Assembly: GCA_963695095.1 (NCBI GenBank)
Contig: CAVOFT010000001.1
Span: 3,232,001-3,296,000, forward strand
Source of the DNA: an uncultured bacterium
GTDB taxonomy: Bacteria > Krumholzibacteriota > Krumholzibacteriia > JACNKJ01
Reading direction: 5' to 3'
Length of the DNA: 64,000 bases
Positions 16,601 to 24,731 of the stretch are shown one piece after another. Both the position numbers and the translations under genes were made by a program. The notes under the pieces were generated by a model that searched no databases, was not told where the DNA came from, and saw only the letters and a program-made list of their open reading frames with translations. Numbering within the stretch: the first letter of the stretch is position 1; each line of letters opens with the position of its first letter.

Positions 16601-19523
16601 ACTTGATGAGCAGCATGCGCTTCGCCTGCGCCCCCGCGGCCGTCTCCAGGCGGCAGAAGTAGACGCCGCTGGCCACCGGGCGGCCGGCGCCGTCCCGCCC
16701 GTCCCACTGCAGCCGGTGCTGGCCCGCGGCGTAATCGCCCGCGGCCAGCTCGCGCAGGCGGCGGCCCTGGGCATCGAGCACTTCCACGCGCACCCGGCCG
16801 GCAGTGGCCAGGCTGAAGCGGATCTCGGTGACCGGGTTGAAAGGATTGGGCACGTTCTGCTCGAGCAGCGTGGGCAGCCCGATCTCGAAGTCCTCGCCGA
16901 CGCCGGTGGTCTCCCAGATGGCGAGCAGCGTGACATCGTCCAGGCCGCCTTCGACCAGATGGTCCGCGTCGATGTCGTAGACCTCCCAGCGGAAGGCCAT
17001 CTGATCGGGGACGGGGAACAGGCCCAGCATGTTCACCGTGAAGGGCACCCAGGCGTTGGACGGCGTGCCGCTGAACTCCATCGTGTACCAGGTGCTGCCG
17101 CCATCGTTGGAGGTCTTCGTCTTCCAGTAGTCCGTGCTGCCCGCGGCGCCCTGGTCGTTGGAGAACCACTTCCAGTAACGCAGGGTGACCGTCGAGGCGC
17201 CGCTCAGGTCGTAGACCGGGCTGGTCAGCGTGACCCAGCCGCCATCCACGTCGTCGGCGTCCACCGGCTGGCCGGCCGTGTGCTGGCCGGTGATCCAGCA
17301 GGAGTTGCCCAGCAGCGAGTGGTCGTGCTCGGGCTGCGCGATCGTGCCCACGGGATCCACCCGCGTCCAGCCGCCGGCGGGATCGGCGCCGCCGGAGATG
17401 GCCGTCGTCCAGCCCGCGCCCGACTCGCCATCCGCGAGCCGCCAGGCCACCATGAAGTCATGGGGCCCGGCCGGGCCGGTGCGCGGCTCCATCGCCGAGG
17501 CGCCGGTGATGTCCTCGGCGCTGAGGTAGTACTCGACGATCCCGGGCTGCTGCGCGGGCATCAGGCCCTGGTAGGAGTCGCCGAGGCCGGTGGGCAGCAT
17601 CGCCGCGCTCTGCCAGGCCTCGCCCACGCGACGCCAGTAGAGCCGCACGCCGTCGGCGGCGATGAGCCCGTTGCTGGAGGTCGCGATGGCCGTCACCGCA
17701 ATCGGGTTGGGAGAGGTCTCGCGGTCCGGCAAGGGCGTGTGGCCGATCGCCACGCCCGTCTCGATGAGGTCGCAGGCAAAGCCGTGATTCAGCGCGGCGG
17801 CGCAGTAGGCGAAGTAGTCCGGGGTGCCGTTGGCGAGGTCGCCGTCGTCGTCATCGGCGAGGAAGGTGGCGAAGGCCTGATCGGGTTGCAGGGTCGGGTG
17901 CATGAGGACGCGGCCGTAGTGCCAGGTGCCGGCCGCCCGCAGGGTGCCCTCGGCCACACCGTGGACCTCCTGGAGCACGACCATGGCATCCCAGTGGAAG
18001 CCTGCGATCACCCGCCCCGCGTTGTGGATCTCCTGGCCGACGACATGATCCGGGTAGACCAGGTTGTTGTCCGAGTTGCGGATGCCCGTCGCGCAACTGC
18101 TCGTGTAGAAGCCGCGGCCGATGATCGACTCCTGCGTGATCATGTTCGCGAGCACGTCCCCGTTGCCCTCGCCCAGGCCCTCGTTGCCCTGCCAGCCGAG
18201 AATGGCCGCCTGCACGCCGTGGCCGTACTCGTGCTGCACGACGCCCTGGATCTCGCCCGTGTTGGCGTAGTTGCCCGAGGCGGCGCAGAAGTTGATGCTG
18301 CCGTTCCACCAGGCGTTGCCCGGGCAGTAGCCGTCCGTGCGGCTGACGTAGCCGTTGATGCTGCCGTTCGCATACGCGAACTCGGGCGCGAAGCTCTGGA
18401 AGAAGAGGTGGATGTCGTTCACCGCATCGAAGACGTCCCGCTCGTCGGCCTGGGAGTTGGCATCCGTGAAGGCCACCGTGAGCGGCGCGCCGTCGGCCAC
18501 CGAGCCGCTGAAGAAGGCCTCGGCGCCGCCGAGATTGTCGGCGACGTGGATGTAGGGACCCTGCAGGTCGCAGCTCGCGGTGCGGGGCAGGCCGCTGCCG
18601 GCGATGCTCCAGTCGCCCGCGGCGTCGCTCGTCGTGCTGCCCAGCCCGCTGACGTCGACGCTGAGGTAGGGCATGGGCGCGATCACCTCGCCGTCGCACC
18701 AGGTGACGGGCTGGGTGCCGCTGGCCGTGTCGCCGCCGTAGGCGAAGTGGATGTCGTTGTAGCGCCACAGCAGCCGGCCGTCCCGAGCGTCCACATGCGT
18801 GACCCAGAGGCCCAGCGGGTCCTCCGTGCGCAGGCTGAGCCGCCAGGCCAGGCGCAGATCGGCGCCGCCCGCCGCGCGAGGCAGGGGCAGCACCATCAGC
18901 TCGGGCGCGCCCTCGAGCACGGAGGCCGCCGGCAGGGCGGCGGCCGCGATGGCCAGGGCCTCGGTCGCAGCGAGCGCGGGCGTCGGATCGAGCGCGATGT
19001 CGCTGAAGAGGTCCGAGCTCGCGAACATCAGGCGGCCGTCGTCGGCAAAGCCGAGCCGCGCCCGGGCCTCCCAGATCTCGAGTCCCTGCCAGGTCTGCTG
19101 GAAGTGGGCCACCCACTTGCCGCGGGCGTGGGGCGCCGCACTGAGGACGAGGCCCTCCAGGTCGCCGGGGAAGAGCTCGGGCAGCGCGGCCATGGCCTGC
19201 CGTGCGAGGCGCTCGAGGCCGGCGGCGTCGCCGGGCGCCTCGCCGAGGGCAAAGCTCGGCCCGTGCACGAGGTGCGCGCTGCCCGACACGCGGTTCCAGG
19301 CGCTGACGCGCCAGGGCAGGCCCAGGCGGGCCTGCAGGCGCTGCTCGGTTTCGCGGGCGGCGATCTCCGTGGCGTAGTCGCCGGTCAGCATGGCCTCGCC
19401 GAGGCCGAGCGGGATCTCGAGCGCCTGCTGCGGAACGGGCTGGAAGGCGAAGGCCAGGGTCGGCAGGGCGAGGAGACAGCAAGCAATGCGCAGCACGAGC
19501 GCGCGGGGGGCGGCCAGGGTCAT
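16599..19523 (-). CDS. Secreted thermolysin-like (M4/M36) zinc metalloprotease 3 with FlgD-Ig C-terminal domain
   Basis: Third paralogue; HEYGH...GLGEGNGD; ends KRMLLIK. Confidence 0.88.
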   Translation of the reverse strand: MTLAAPRALVLRIACCLLALPTLAFAFQPVPQQALEIPLGLGEAMLTGDYATEIAARETEQRLQARLGLPWRVSAWNRVSGSAHLVHGPSFALGEAPGDAAGLERLARQAMAALPELFPGDLEGLVLSAAPHARGKWVAHFQQTWQGLEIWEARARLGFADDGRLMFASSDLFSDIALDPTPALAATEALAIAAAALPAASVLEGAPELMVLPLPRAAGGADLRLAWRLSLRTEDPLGLWVTHVDARDGRLLWRYNDIHFAYGGDTASGTQPVTWCDGEVIAPMPYLSVDVSGLGSTTSDAAGDWSIAGSGLPRTASCDLQGPYIHVADNLGGAEAFFSGSVADGAPLTVAFTDANSQADERDVFDAVNDIHLFFQSFAPEFAYANGSINGYVSRTDGYCPGNAWWNGSINFCAASGNYANTGEIQGVVQHEYGHGVQAAILGWQGNEGLGEGNGDVLANMITQESIIGRGFYTSSCATGIRNSDNNLVYPDHVVGQEIHNAGRVIAGFHWDAMVVLQEVHGVAEGTLRAAGTWHYGRVLMHPTLQPDQAFATFLADDDDGDLANGTPDYFAYCAAALNHGFACDLIETGVAIGHTPLPDRETSPNPIAVTAIATSSNGLIAADGVRLYWRRVGEAWQSAAMLPTGLGDSYQGLMPAQQPGIVEYYLSAEDITGASAMEPRTGPAGPHDFMVAWRLADGESGAGWTTAISGGADPAGGWTRVDPVGTIAQPEHDHSLLGNSCWITGQHTAGQPVDADDVDGGWVTLTSPVYDLSGASTVTLRYWKWFSNDQGAAGSTDYWKTKTSNDGGSTWYTMEFSGTPSNAWVPFTVNMLGLFPVPDQMAFRWEVYDIDADHLVEGGLDDVTLLAIWETTGVGEDFEIGLPTLLEQNVPNPFNPVTEIRFSLATAGRVRVEVLDAQGRRLRELAAGDYAAGQHRLQWDGRDGAGRPVASGVYFCRLETAAGAQAKRMLLIK

Positions 19524-19736
19524 GGGGATCGTCCTTCCTGGAGCGAGAAGCGGCGGGCGGCGAGCGTTGCGGCCGGCGGCAGCGGGGAAGGCCGGGCCAG
19601 CAAGCGATCATCATTGTAACCCAGGAGCGCCCATGCTGGCCACGCCGGAATGTCCGCCGGCATTCAGGATCCGGATTCTCGCAACTCTCGCGGCGAGTGA
19701 GGCCACGCCCGCGGGCCTCGCGACGCTGGGCGGGTG

Positions 19737-19800
19737 GCGCCGCTGAGACCCTTCTGCGAGCGCCTGTGCAGCGGCGCGAGCGGGAGGGTCTCAGCGGCGC
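19737..19800 (+). repeat. Extragenic hairpin element, copy 6 (loop variant GCA)
   Basis: Core gcgcctgtgcagcggcgc at 19760-19777; arms gcgccgctgagaccct / agggtctcagcggcgc. Confidence 0.9.
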
Positions 19801-19807
19801 TGGAGGT

Positions 19808-20458
19808 TCAGCGCCGGAGAAGCTTGAAGGCGTGCCCCCACTCGCCGCGCAGGAAGCCCGGAATGCACCAGAGCATGCACAGGGGCTCGATGGCTCGCGC
19901 TCCCACGGCGCCCCCCATGTCCTCGCTCTCCCAGCCGAACTGCTCGAGCAGGGCCGTCACGCGCGCCTTGGCCTCGGCGTCGTCGCCGCAGATGAACATC
20001 GTGGGCTTCACGCCGTCGAAGTCCGGGTTGACCATGTGCGCGTTCCCCACCGAGCTGAAGGCCTTCACGAAGCGGGCCTCCGGGCTGTGGCGCTGCAGCC
20101 GCTCCATCAGCGAGTCCTCGAGGTCGGTGGTGAAGTGCAGCACGCCGCCCTCGGGCGGGGCGTCGGCAATCGGATTGCAGGTGTCGATGACCACCTTGCC
20201 CGCCAGGTGCCTGGCCTGCGCCAGATCGAGCGCGGCCGTGGCCGCCGTGCCCTTCACGGCGAGCACGAGCAGTTCCCCGTGCTGGGCCGCCTCCTCGAAG
20301 CTGCCCAGCTTGACGCCCTTGCCCGCCGCCTGATGCCAGCCGCCGAGCTTGCCCGTGTCGCGCGTGCCCAGCATCACGTCGTAGCCGTGCTTGACGAGGC
20401 CCGCGGCCAGCACCTGGGCCACGACGCCGGAGCCGAGCACGCCAGCCTTCTTCGCCAT
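19808..20458 (-). CDS. NADPH-dependent F420 reductase family dinucleotide-binding enzyme (COG2085)
   Basis: GVLGSGVVAQVLA, KVVIDTCNPI, RFVKAFSSVG, MFICGDDAEAK, ARAIEPL. Confidence 0.85.
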   Translation of the reverse strand: MAKKAGVLGSGVVAQVLAAGLVKHGYDVMLGTRDTGKLGGWHQAAGKGVKLGSFEEAAQHGELLVLAVKGTAATAALDLAQARHLAGKVVIDTCNPIADAPPEGGVLHFTTDLEDSLMERLQRHSPEARFVKAFSSVGNAHMVNPDFDGVKPTMFICGDDAEAKARVTALLEQFGWESEDMGGAVGARAIEPLCMLWCIPGFLRGEWGHAFKLLRR

Positions 20459-20481
20459 CGCTTGCTCCTTTGCAGCCTGGG

Positions 20482-21120
20482 CTAGCGCCTCCAGCCCAGC
20501 AGGAAGGGATTCGTCGCCGCTTCATCGGCGAGCGTGCTGTCGGGCCCGTGGCCGCTGTGCAGGATCGTCGCCGCCGGCAGCGGCTCGATGAGTCGCTGGA
20601 AGATCGAATCCATCAGGGTGTCGAGGTCGCCCCCCGGCAGGTCCGTGCGGCCGATGGAGCCCGCGAAAAGGGTGTCGCCGGCGAAGAGGTGCCCGCCGAC
20701 GAGCAGGCAGCAGCCGCCCGGCGAATGGCCGGGCGTGTGGATCACGCGCACGGCGAGCGCACCCACGGCGAAGGTTTCGCCGTCGGCCAGGGGCGGCGCA
20801 TCCAGGGGCGGCTTGGCCAGGGGAGCCATGCCGAACATGGCCGCCGCCTCGTCGGCGTGCTCGACGAGGAAGTGGTCGTCGGCATGCAGCCGAAAGGGGA
20901 TGCCCAGCTGCGCCGCCAGTTCGCCGGCGCCGGCGATGTGGTCGATGTGCCCGTGCGTGTTGACGATGGCCTTGAGCGTGAGCCGATGCGCCGCCACCCG
21001 CGCCAGCAAGCGCTCGCTCTCGCCGCCGGGGTCGATGACGATGGCCTCCCCGCCCGGCGCCTCGGCCAGCAGCCAGGTGTTCTCCTGAAAGGGCCCCACC
21101 GTGAAGCACTCGACGATCAT
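20482..21120 (-). CDS. MBL-fold metallo-hydrolase (glyoxalase II/YcbL-like)
   Basis: IDPGG, NTHGHIDHIAG, HTPGHSPG, GDTLFAGSIGRTDLPGG, SGHGP. Confidence 0.9.
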   Translation of the reverse strand: MIVECFTVGPFQENTWLLAEAPGGEAIVIDPGGESERLLARVAAHRLTLKAIVNTHGHIDHIAGAGELAAQLGIPFRLHADDHFLVEHADEAAAMFGMAPLAKPPLDAPPLADGETFAVGALAVRVIHTPGHSPGGCCLLVGGHLFAGDTLFAGSIGRTDLPGGDLDTLMDSIFQRLIEPLPAATILHSGHGPDSTLADEAATNPFLLGWRR

Positions 21121-22122
21121 TCAGCCTCCCACCCGCACCAGGGAAAAGAGCTCGCCGTCGTCCATCTCCTCGAGGCGGTGATGCTCGGGCTTGCGCAGAA
21201 TCGCCGTGCGCAGCGCGCGCTCGATGGCCGCTGGCCACTCGACCTCGGCCAGCAGGTGGCGCAGCGGCAGGTTGCCGGCCCCGAAGAGGCAGTTGCGCAG
21301 CTCGCCCTTGTGCGTGATGCGCACGCGATTGCAGTTGGAGCAGAACTTGGGGCTGAGCGGGTCGATGATGCCCACGGTGAGCCCGTCCGCCGTGCGCCGG
21401 TAGCGGCGGGCAGGGCCGTCGGCAAGGCCCCGCGGGAGCTGCTCCCAGTGGCCGTGCTCGGCGAGGAGGGCGATCAGCTCCTCGCCGCCCAGGTGCTGCG
21501 CGGCATGCGTCTCGCGCGCGACCTCCAGCGGCATCAGCTCGATGAAGCGCAGCTCGAGCTGCTCGCGCACGGCGAGGTCGAGCAGCGCGCCGATCTCGTC
21601 GTCGTTCACGCCGCGCAGCGGCACGGTGTTGAGCTTGATCGGCGTCAGCCCCGCCGCCCGCGCGGCGGCGATGCCGGCCAGCACGCGGTCCAGAGCGTCG
21701 CGGCCGGCGATGCCCGCGAAGCGGGCGCGGTCCAGCGTGTCCAGGCTGATGTTCACCCGCTTCAGGCCGGCGGCGGCCAGCGGCGCCGCCAGGGGCGCCA
21801 GGAACATGCCGTGGGTGGAGAGCGACAGGTCGTCCAGCCCGGGCAGGGCCGCCAGGCGCTGGACGATCTCCAGGAGATCCCGGCGCAGCGTGGGCTCGCC
21901 GCCGGTGAGGCGGAGCTTGCGCACGCCGAGCGCCACGAAGACCGAGACCAGGCGCTCGATCTCCAGCGGCGTCATCTCGTCGCGGGGGCCGACGGGCAGC
22001 ACCGGCCCATGGGGCTGGCAGTAGCTGCAGCGGAAGTTGCAGTAGGGCGTCACCGAGAGGCGGACATAGCTGATGCGGCGGCCGAAGGGGTCCACCAGGG
22101 GCGGGCGCTCGTTCGCAGGCAC
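21121..22122 (-). CDS. moaA: GTP 3',8-cyclase MoaA (radical SAM)
   Basis: LVDPFGRRISYVRLSVT, CNFRCSYC, RLTGGEP, FCSNCNRVRIT...CLF, C-terminal GG; GTG start with GGAG SD. Confidence 0.95.
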   Translation of the reverse strand: MPANERPPLVDPFGRRISYVRLSVTPYCNFRCSYCQPHGPVLPVGPRDEMTPLEIERLVSVFVALGVRKLRLTGGEPTLRRDLLEIVQRLAALPGLDDLSLSTHGMFLAPLAAPLAAAGLKRVNISLDTLDRARFAGIAGRDALDRVLAGIAAARAAGLTPIKLNTVPLRGVNDDEIGALLDLAVREQLELRFIELMPLEVARETHAAQHLGGEELIALLAEHGHWEQLPRGLADGPARRYRRTADGLTVGIIDPLSPKFCSNCNRVRITHKGELRNCLFGAGNLPLRHLLAEVEWPAAIERALRTAILRKPEHHRLEEMDDGELFSLVRVGG

Positions 22123-22126
22123 GGGG

Positions 22127-22225
22127 CTCCTTTCCAATGCGGGAGGCGCCGCCGTTTCCCGCGGCACCCTGTCGGCCTCAGGCCCTTTGCCGCGCGGCGG
22201 CAGGCAGGCCCTTCGGCTCGGAACC
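22127..22225 (-). ncRNA. Moco/Wco (molybdenum/tungsten cofactor) riboswitch, P3-less form
   Basis: Minus strand reads ggttccgagc...cct...ggc cgac agggtgccgc gggaaac ggcggcgcctcccgcattggaaaggag, matching Moco RNA P1/P2/P4(GAAA)/P5, directly before moaA. Confidence 0.85.
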
Positions 22226-22231
22226 TACCCC

Positions 22232-22260
22232 AGGATAGTGTGGGAGGAAACCGAGGTCAA
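22232..22260 (-). promoter_or_regulatory. Sigma70 promoter of the riboswitch-moaA transcript
   Basis: TTGACC-N17-TATCCT ending 6 nt before the riboswitch. Confidence 0.7.
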
Positions 22261-22281
22261 TCCCCGCGTCGGCGCCAGGAA

Positions 22282-22566
22282 TCAGTGCCAGTGACCGGGC
22301 AGCCAGATCCAGCCCCGCGGGCGCTTCATCCAGTGGCCGTCCTCCCACTCCGCCCCCGGGGGCGCCGGGAGCCAGCGCCCCTCGATCCAGGCGTAGCGGC
22401 GGCCCGTCCATTCCCAGTGGCCCGGCAGCCAGCGGTACCCGGGGTCGGGTGGCGGCGGCGGCACTTCCACGACAAGGGGCGGCGGCGGGCTGGGCTGCAG
22501 GGTCTGGCGAGCGCAGCCGCCCGCCGCCAGGGCCGCGAGGAGCGAAAGCAGGGCGGCGACTCTCAA
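22282..22566 (-). CDS. Small lipoprotein with YXWGXW/WxxGxW repeats
   Basis: TTG start with GGAGG SD; lipobox LAAGGC; Pro-rich linker; WLPGHWEW, WIEGRW, WEDGHW, WLPGHW. Confidence 0.8.
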   Translation of the reverse strand: MRVAALLSLLAALAAGGCARQTLQPSPPPPLVVEVPPPPPDPGYRWLPGHWEWTGRRYAWIEGRWLPAPPGAEWEDGHWMKRPRGWIWLPGHWH

Positions 22567-22583
22567 GCGTCCTCCAGGCGGCC

Positions 22584-23774
22584 TCAGATGGGGAGCCGGC
22601 GCCAGCCGGCCGGCAGGTCCAGCTGCTCGGCGCCGACGAAGCCCGCCAGATCCCGCAGGGACTCGGCCAGGCCCGCCTCGAGCAGTGGATCCCGGCGCAC
22701 GGCGGGCTCCAGATGGATGGCGTTGATCCGCAAGCGCCCGGCCTGCCGGTCCAGGCGCGGGTCGAGCCGGCCGACCAGCCGCCCCTCGTGCAGGATGGGC
22801 AGCACGTAGTAGCCGAAGCGGCGCTTGGCCTCCGGCGTGTAGATCTCGATGCGGTAGCGGAAGTCCAGCAGCTCCTCGGCCCGGCGCCGCTGCCAGAGCA
22901 GCGAATCGAAGGGGCAGATGAGGTGGGTGCCGCGCGGGGCGGGCAGGTCGAGACCGCCGTCCAGATGCTCGGGCAGGGCATAGGCCGGCTCGCCCAGGCC
23001 CGGCACCTGCACCGCCACGATGCGCTTGGCGCGCAGCAGGCGCGCGAGCACGGCCGGGCGCAGGGCGGGGGCGAGGCGCGGCGCGGTCATGTAGTTGTCC
23101 AGGTGCCGCAGCGTGGCCACACCGTTGCCGGCCAGGCCGACGAGGACCCAGCTGTCCTCGTAGGCGCGGCGGCTGGCCGTGGGCCCGGGCGGGTAGACGC
23201 GCTCGGCCAGGTCGTAGACGCGGCGGAAGTGCCGCCGCTCCCGCACGGCGAGCTGTCCCTGGCGCCACAGCAGCTCCAGGGCCATCTTCGCCTCCTTCCA
23301 GCCCCACCAGCCACCGCTCCCCCCTTTGCCGTCGCCCTCGAAGTCAGCGCTCTCCAGGGGACCCTCGTCGCGAATGCGCCGCAAGACGCGCCGCTTCACC
23401 GCCAGCGGCGACTGCATGCTCGCCCACCACTTGCCGCTAGGATCCCAGTCGCGCATGTACCGCCGGCTCAGGGCCAGACTGCCGGCTGGGAGGATGCTCG
23501 CCTCGTGGCCCCAGAACTCGTAGGCCAGCTTCTCCTTGTAGACCCAGCGGTCGAGCGCGGCCGGCGCATAGGTGCCGTAGCGGCTCCAGAGGGTGAGCAG
23601 GTGAGCGCGGGCCAGGGCGTTGACGCTGTCGAGCTGCAGAGCCCCGCAGCGCTCGAGGTGATCGAGAAACTGCGCGCGAGTGAGCCGCCGGCCGCGCGGG
23701 CCGAGGAGTCCCTGGCGGGCAAGCCAGAGGCGGATCATCTGTTCGCGCTCGATGCGGGGCAGCGGCTTGGGCAT
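22584..23774 (-). CDS. YcaQ/AlkZ-family (HTH_42) crosslink-repair DNA glycosylase
   Basis: LQLDSVNALARAH (QxD), YEFWGHEAS, RRVYDLAERV, ICPFDSLLWQR, FRYRIEIYTP..KRRFGYYVLP. Confidence 0.85.
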   Translation of the reverse strand: MPKPLPRIEREQMIRLWLARQGLLGPRGRRLTRAQFLDHLERCGALQLDSVNALARAHLLTLWSRYGTYAPAALDRWVYKEKLAYEFWGHEASILPAGSLALSRRYMRDWDPSGKWWASMQSPLAVKRRVLRRIRDEGPLESADFEGDGKGGSGGWWGWKEAKMALELLWRQGQLAVRERRHFRRVYDLAERVYPPGPTASRRAYEDSWVLVGLAGNGVATLRHLDNYMTAPRLAPALRPAVLARLLRAKRIVAVQVPGLGEPAYALPEHLDGGLDLPAPRGTHLICPFDSLLWQRRRAEELLDFRYRIEIYTPEAKRRFGYYVLPILHEGRLVGRLDPRLDRQAGRLRINAIHLEPAVRRDPLLEAGLAESLRDLAGFVGAEQLDLPAGWRRLPI

Positions 23775-23849
23775 TGGCCGAAGCTAGCAGCTCGGGGACC
23801 GCGCGGGAAAGAGCTTCAGCGAGCGGCGCGGCCGGGCTACGCTGGGGGC

Positions 23850-24587
23850 ATGGACATCTACGGCCGCCTGGCCCCCCACTACGATCAGCTCTTTCCCGTG
23901 AGCGAGATGCAGGCCGCCTTCCTGCGCGCTCGGCTTGCGGCGGCCGGCGCGCGCCTCGTGCTGGACGCGGGCTGCGGCACGGGCCGCCACCTGGAGCTCT
24001 TGCGCGACTGGGGACTCGCCGCGGCGGGCCTGGAGCCCGATCCCGCCATGGCCGCGCTCGCTCGCAAACGCCTGGGCGCCGGCACGCCGGTGGCCGTGGT
24101 CGGCCTCGAGGCCGCTGCCGCTGCGCTGAAGGGCCCCTTCGAAGCCGCGCTCTGCCTGGGCAATACGCTGGCCCATCTCGTGGCGCCGGGTGCGCTCGCG
24201 GCTGGGCTGGCCGGCCTGGCCGCGCTGCTCGCGCCGGGCGGGCTGCTGATCACCCAGACGGTGAACTTCGACCGCGTGCTCGCTGCCGGTCGCGCCGATT
24301 TCCCCGAGCGGCAGATCCCGGACGGCAGGGGCGGCACCTTGCTCTTCCGCCGCGACTATGACTTCGCCGCGGCGCCCGCGCAGCTGGGCTTTCGGCTCTC
24401 GCTCACCGGGCCGGGGCTGGCGCTCGCCGATACGATTCCCCTGCTGCCCCTGGTCCGCGCCGAGCAGGAGGCCGCGCTCGTCGCCGCCGGCTTCGCTCCG
24501 GGCGAGGCCTGCGGGGACTGGGACGGCTGCCCCTGGCGGCCGGACTCCCCGGCCACGATCCTCAGCGCTCGGCATCGAGAAGAATAG
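23850..24587 (+). CDS. Class I SAM-dependent methyltransferase
   Basis: YDQLFP, VLDAGCGTGRH, CLGNTLAHL, LAPGGLLITQTVNFD. Confidence 0.85.
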   Translation: MDIYGRLAPHYDQLFPVSEMQAAFLRARLAAAGARLVLDAGCGTGRHLELLRDWGLAAAGLEPDPAMAALARKRLGAGTPVAVVGLEAAAAALKGPFEAALCLGNTLAHLVAPGALAAGLAGLAALLAPGGLLITQTVNFDRVLAAGRADFPERQIPDGRGGTLLFRRDYDFAAAPAQLGFRLSLTGPGLALADTIPLLPLVRAEQEAALVAAGFAPGEACGDWDGCPWRPDSPATILSARHREE

Positions 24588-24731
24588 AGCTGGGCGGCCT
24601 GCGATCCCCCTTGCAGCGCGATCAGATTTAGCCTAAAATTGTCCGCTATACCGCGTATTCGGTGCCGGATGTCTGGTATCGAGGCGGGCCTGCGCCATCC
24701 AAAAGCACCCTAACCAACTGAGGCTACAGCC

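Noticed and set aside
10154..16601. TAG stop followed immediately by a hairpin as a pyrrolysine or readthrough signal
   Set aside because: The proteins end exactly at the canonical end of the C-terminal sorting domain, and copy 6 follows a TGA. No meaningful extension was seen where checked.
10139..19619. Very long plus-strand ORFs (972, 1042 and 1090 aa) opposite the proteases, and similar antisense ORFs across the window
   Set aside because: Shadow ORFs caused by high GC3 codon bias; no motifs, and the opposite strand encodes clear families.
591..19800. Hairpin repeats as a CRISPR array or integron attC sites
   Set aside because: Spacing is irregular and kilobase-scale; there are no cas genes, no GTTRRRY/RYYYAAC core sites and no integrase.
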